Source: Candidatus Dormiibacterota bacterium
Lineage (GTDB): Bacteria; Chloroflexota; Dormibacteria; Aeolococcales; Aeolococcaceae
Direction: 5' to 3'
Assembly: GCA_963833055.1 (NCBI GenBank)
Contig: CAWHWM010000005.1
Location: 9,321 to 73,320 of the forward strand
DNA: 64,000 nucleotides
The position numbers were made by a program, and so were the translations under genes. The notes beneath the pieces were generated by a model. It searched no databases. It was not told where the DNA came from and was given only the letters and a program-made list of their open reading frames with translations. Positions 60,322 through 64,000 of the stretch are shown here, in pieces. Position 1 is the first letter of the stretch, and each line of letters starts with the position of its first letter.

Positions 60322-61624
60322 GCCAGGAGCGCGTCTCTCCCGCGTCGCATATCGACGGTGACGTCACCGTTCCGGGCGACAAGTCGATCACCCACCGGGC
60401 GCTCATCCTCGGGTCGATGGCCAAGGGCCGCAGCTATGTCGGCAACGGATCGCCGGCTGCCGATGTCCTTGCCACTGCGGCCTGCCTGCGCGCCTGCGGG
60501 GTGTGGGTGCGCGACTTTCCACCCGACCGCTTCGCGCTCGACGGCGCCGGTGTCGGCATGAGCCTGCGCAACCCGGACACCGTGCTCGATTGCGCCAACT
60601 CCGGCACCACCATGCGACTGCTCGCAGGGGTGCTCGCCGGCACCGACATCGACGCCACGCTCGACGGCGACGCGTCTCTGCGCGGCCGCCCGATGCGTCG
60701 CGTGGCGGAACCGCTCCGCGCCATGGGGGCAAGCGTCGATGTGTCACCTGAGGGAACGGCGCCGATGCGCGTCCGTGGGCGAGGTCTCCTCGATGCCATC
60801 ACCTGGGAATCGCCGGTGGCGAGCGCGCAGGTGAAGTCCGCAATCCTGCTCGCCGGCCTTGCCGCGGACGGACCGACCACGGTCATCGAGCCGCTCCCGA
60901 CCCGCGACCACACCGAGCGGATGCTGCGAATGTGCGGTGTGGACGTGGTGACGGACGGCGCGGCAGTCACCGTGCATCCGGCACCGCTGCAGCCGTTCGG
61001 CATCCGGATCCCGGGGGATCTCAGCTCGGCGGCATTCTTCCTCGCGCTCGCAGCTTCACGCCCCGGGTGGCGCGTCAGGTGCCCCTTGGTGGGCCTGAAT
61101 CCGGGACGGACCGGGAATCCTCGACGTGCTCGAGGCCATGGGGGCAGACGTACGGATCGAGCCGCGCGACCCGGCCGGCGGGGTGGAGCCCGCTGGTGAC
61201 GTGGAGGTACGCGGCACGGCGCTGAGGGGAATCGTGATCTCGGATGCGCTCACGGTTCGCTGCATTGATGAGCTCCCGGTGATCGCCGTGCTTGCGAGTC
61301 AGGCTGAAGGTGACACGCAGATCCGCGACGCGGGCGAGCTTCGCAACAAGGAGACCGACCGGATCGCCCTCCTCGAGACAGGGCTCCGTGTGCTCGGGGT
61401 GCCCTGCGAGAGCACGCCCGAACTCGCTGACCATCCACGGGCCGGTCAAGCTCCGGGGAGCGCATCTCGATGCTGCCGGTGACCACCGCTTCGCAATGGC
61501 CTGGGCCATCGCCGGGGCCCTGGTCGAACCGGGTGGTGGAGACACCGTCATCGACGGCGCCGACGCCGCGGCGGTGTCGTACCCGAACTTCTACGCGGAC
61601 CTGCGCAGGCTGCTGACCCGCTGA
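60318..61624 (+). CDS. aroA: 3-phosphoshikimate 1-carboxyvinyltransferase (EPSP synthase), two apparent frameshifts (near 61110 and 61425)
   Basis: GTGA overlap with trpA; [23 protein letters not shown] in frame 0; middle in ORF 61126-61482; C-terminal [10 protein letters not shown] in ORF 61292-61624. Confidence 0.8.
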
Positions 61625-61628
61625 GGGC

Positions 61629-62084
61629 TCACTCGTCGAAGCGCAGGAGCAGGTGGGGACCGTCGCGCGCCTCCACGACCTTGAGCCAGCGCACGGCGAT
61701 CGCCACGGGAAGGACGTCCGGGCCTTCCACATACGCCTCGGCGCCCGCGGCGTGCGCGGTGAGGCGCCGGGCCAGTTCCATGCGCTGACCAGGGTCTCGG
61801 AGCACGGACGCGGTGCCACCGCCCTGAATCCATCGGGAGGCATTCCCGGGCGAGCACATGAAGGCCACGCGCGGGTCGGCCTCGAGCTCGCGATGCACCC
61901 GCGACCCGCCGCGTGCGGCGATCAGCAGCCGGATCCCGTGCTCGGTGCGTTCGGGCGCGAAGAACACGCCGGCGACGTGGGGACCTGCCGCGCTCGTGGT
62001 GGCCAGCGCAATCGTGTCGTATGCACGCAGCGCCCAGAGCGCTCGCTCGACGGCGGCATCGTCCTGTGGCGAAGGCGTGCTCAT
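61629..62084 (-). CDS. pyridoxamine 5'-phosphate oxidase-family (FMN-binding split barrel) protein
   Basis: ATG 62084 overlaps the fpg stop (ATGA); motif TIALATTSAAGPHVAGVFF typical of the PNPOx-like fold. Confidence 0.65.
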   Translation of the reverse strand: MSTPSPQDDAAVERALWALRAYDTIALATTSAAGPHVAGVFFAPERTEHGIRLLIAARGGSRVHRELEADPRVAFMCSPGNASRWIQGGGTASVLRDPGQRMELARRLTAHAAGAEAYVEGPDVLPVAIAVRWLKVVEARDGPHLLLRFDE

Positions 62085-62938
62085 CGCAGCAGTTTGCTCA
62101 GGCGCCGGTCCGCGAAGACGCGGCCTCCGGTCTGGCATCCGGGGCAGTACTGAAATGACCGCGATGCGAGCGACACCTCGCGCACCGTCTCTCCGCAGAC
62201 GGGGCACGGCAGCCCAGTGCGGCCGTGCACGCGCATCGACTGCCGTTTCCCGTCCTTCAGCGCCGCCGGATCCGAGTCCACCGCCAGTGCGACAGCGGCG
62301 CTCAGCACGTCTCGCGTCGCGGTCGCGAGCCGCTCGAGCTCGTCAGGGGTCAGGGCGTCGGCATGCCGGAAGGGGGAGAGCTGCGCCGCGTGCAGGATCT
62401 CGTCCGAGTACGCGTTGCCGATGCCGGCGATGACCGCCTGATCCGCGAGGACGCTCTTGAGCGTGCCGTGTTGCGCTGCCAGTAGCGTTCCGAGGCGGGC
62501 CCCCGAGAGGCTCGGATCGAGTGCGTCGATGCCCAGGCGCGCGACGCCGGGGACATCGGTGGGGTTCCTCACGACGGACACGGCGAGCCGCTTGTCGGTG
62601 CCGTGCTCCGTGATCTCGAGGCTCCCGCCGTCGACCAGCGTGACGATGACTGCGAGCGGGCCTCGAAGCGACGGCCGCGCGTTGGTGGGGGTGTCGCGCA
62701 GGCGGATCCAGCCCCCGCGCGCGAGATGCACGATCAGGTGCAGGGGCGGCGCCTCGAGGTCGATGAACTTCCCGCGACGAACGCACCCTGCGAACGCCAG
62801 GCCCTGCAGTGCGGTCACCGGCGGATCGAACGTCTTGAGCACCGCGACCGAGCGAACGCTGACGTTCGCGACCGTCCGGCCGCGGAGCCGGGCGTCAAAT
62901 GACCGGCACAGCGCTTCCACTTCGGGCAATTCAGGCAT
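62081..62938 (-). CDS. fpg: formamidopyrimidine-DNA glycosylase family (Fpg/Nei)
   Basis: N-terminal MPELPEVE (catalytic Pro2/Glu3), H2TH region, C-terminal zinc finger CPVCG...CPGCQ; start coordinate +/-1 nt uncertain from my manual counting. Confidence 0.8.
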   Translation of the reverse strand: MPELPEVEALCRSFDARLRGRTVANVSVRSVAVLKTFDPPVTALQGLAFAGCVRRGKFIDLEAPPLHLIVHLARGGWIRLRDTPTNARPSLRGPLAVIVTLVDGGSLEITEHGTDKRLAVSVVRNPTDVPGVARLGIDALDPSLSGARLGTLLAAQHGTLKSVLADQAVIAGIGNAYSDEILHAAQLSPFRHADALTPDELERLATATRDVLSAAVALAVDSDPAALKDGKRQSMRVHGRTGLPCPVCGETVREVSLASRSFQYCPGCQTGGRVFADRRLSKLLR

Positions 62939-63037
62939 CGCGGGTGAAAGAATGCGCCCGGTGCCGAGAAGCGTGGCTGCTACGCGCGCCGTCGGGCCGC
63001 GGCGGAGCCGTGCGCATGGGGCGGAGGACGTCCTCTG

Positions 63038-63662
63038 CGTGCCTCGCTCCACGATCTTTCCGGACGGCGCCTGGCACGGGCTGATCGCGAAGGGGCTCGA
63101 GCGAGTGCTCCGCACCGTGCATGCGACATCGGAGTACCGCCCCCGCGCTGAGATCGAGGACGATCCCGCGCTCCAGCAGATCATCCCGTACTGCGTGGTC
63201 CACCATCCGGAGGACGACACGTACCTGCTCACGCGGCGGCTGCGCCGCTCCAGTGAGAAGCGCCTCCATCACCTGTACTCGCTGGGCATCGGCGGCCACG
63301 TGAACCCCGGCGACGGCGAGCGCGAGGACCCGGTGGTCGGGGGCCTGCGCCGTGAGTGGGCCGAGGAGATCCGGTGTCCGACCTCGGCCCGGGCCAGCCT
63401 CGTCGCCATGCTCAACGACGATTCGAGCCCGGTCTCGCGGGTGCACCTCGGTCTCGTGTTCCTGGTCGAGCCGGCAGGCGGCGCCGTCGAGGTGCGTGAG
63501 GTCGAGAAGCTGGAGGGGGAGTCGCTGACACTCGAGGCGATGCGGCGCCACTACCTGAGCATGGAGTCCTGGTCGCAACTGGTCTACGACGACCTGGTCG
63601 CCGGCGCGCAGACGCGCGTCGAGAAGAGCCCGCTCATCGTGGATCTCGAACCGGAGCCGTGA
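63038..63662 (+). CDS. NUDIX hydrolase
   Basis: Nudix box GGHVNPGDGEREDPVVGGLRREWAEEI; no in-frame ATG upstream, start probably GTG between 63040 and 63110. Confidence 0.65.
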
Positions 63663-64000
63663 GCGGGACCGTGCCCGCGTCCCCGGAGTTCTTCCGGACA
63701 GCGGAGGATCTCTCGAGGTGGTTCGCTGCCAACGCCGACGCGTCCGAGCTGTGGGTGGGGTTCTGGAAGAAGGGCTTCGAACGCCCCGGCATCACCTATG
63801 GCGACGCCGTGGATGAGGCGCTCTGCAACGGCTGGATCGACAGTGTCGTGCGGCGGGTGGACGAGGCGAGCTACATGCTCCGGTTCACGCCGAGGCGCCC
63901 GAAGAGCAACTGGACGGAGGCCAACCTCCGGCGGGTGGCGGAGCTCCGCGCTGCGGGCCGGATGCGCCCAGGCGGAGAGGCCGCCGTTCGTGCGGCCCAG
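63659..64000 (+). CDS. YdeI/OmpD-associated (OmdA-like) family protein, 3' end outside window
   Basis: GTG overlaps the NUDIX stop (GTGA); open frame to window end; FWKKGFERPGITYGD...RRPKSNWTEANL matches family pattern by recall. Confidence 0.55.
   Translation, partial: MSGTVPASPEFFRTAEDLSRWFAANADASELWVGFWKKGFERPGITYGDAVDEALCNGWIDSVVRRVDEASYMLRFTPRRPKSNWTEANLRRVAELRAAGRMRPGGEAAVRAAQ

Overview
High-GC (about 70%) bacterial chromosomal window, probably Actinomycetota-like (inferred from gene content). It is densely coding with many 1-4 nt start/stop overlaps (ATGA/GTGA). First half: NfeD-SPFH pair, rarA, an orphan LuxR-type response regulator, tRNA-Cys(GCA) on the minus strand, an aldo/keto reductase, a large zinc-ribbon/class-III cyclase/AAA-ATPase/TPR regulator gene broken by at least 10 frame changes, tRNA-Leu(TAA), several small unknown genes, an L,D-transpeptidase, a putrescine/GABA-type catabolic cluster (two class-III aminotransferases, a MerR+XRE+cupin regulator, FAD oxidase, APC permease, aldehyde dehydrogenase), an ECF sigma / Rieske-protein / Tat-signal protein / DUF4331 operon, murI, a polyprenyl synthase, and a tandem array of paralogous small membrane proteins with C-terminal polyproline tails. 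Second half is housekeeping: hemA-hemC-hemD-hemB, cyclophilin, hemL, tatA-tatC, rph, rdgB, trxB, a PduO-type adenosyltransferase, a NitT/TauT ABC transporter, a PucR regulator, then one co-directional string of ferritin-like diiron protein, acylphosphatase, aminotransferase, trpE-trpG-trpC-trpF-trpB-trpA-aroA, and finally fpg, a NUDIX hydrolase and a partial YdeI-like gene. No integrase, transposase, CRISPR or rRNA was seen. The main caveat is that about 25 apparent single-nucleotide frameshifts interrupt otherwise recognisable genes, including rph, trpA/B/C, aroA, tatA and an acylphosphatase. This pattern looks more like indel sequencing/assembly error than biology, so any pseudogene call here is provisional. 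Candidate novel biology: (1) the ECF sigma / Rieske-domain putative anti-sigma / DUF4331 module, (2) the polyproline-tailed membrane-protein array, (3) a 25-bp perfect inverted repeat element in an intergenic region, (4) a triple-domain MerR-XRE-cupin regulator in the catabolic cluster.
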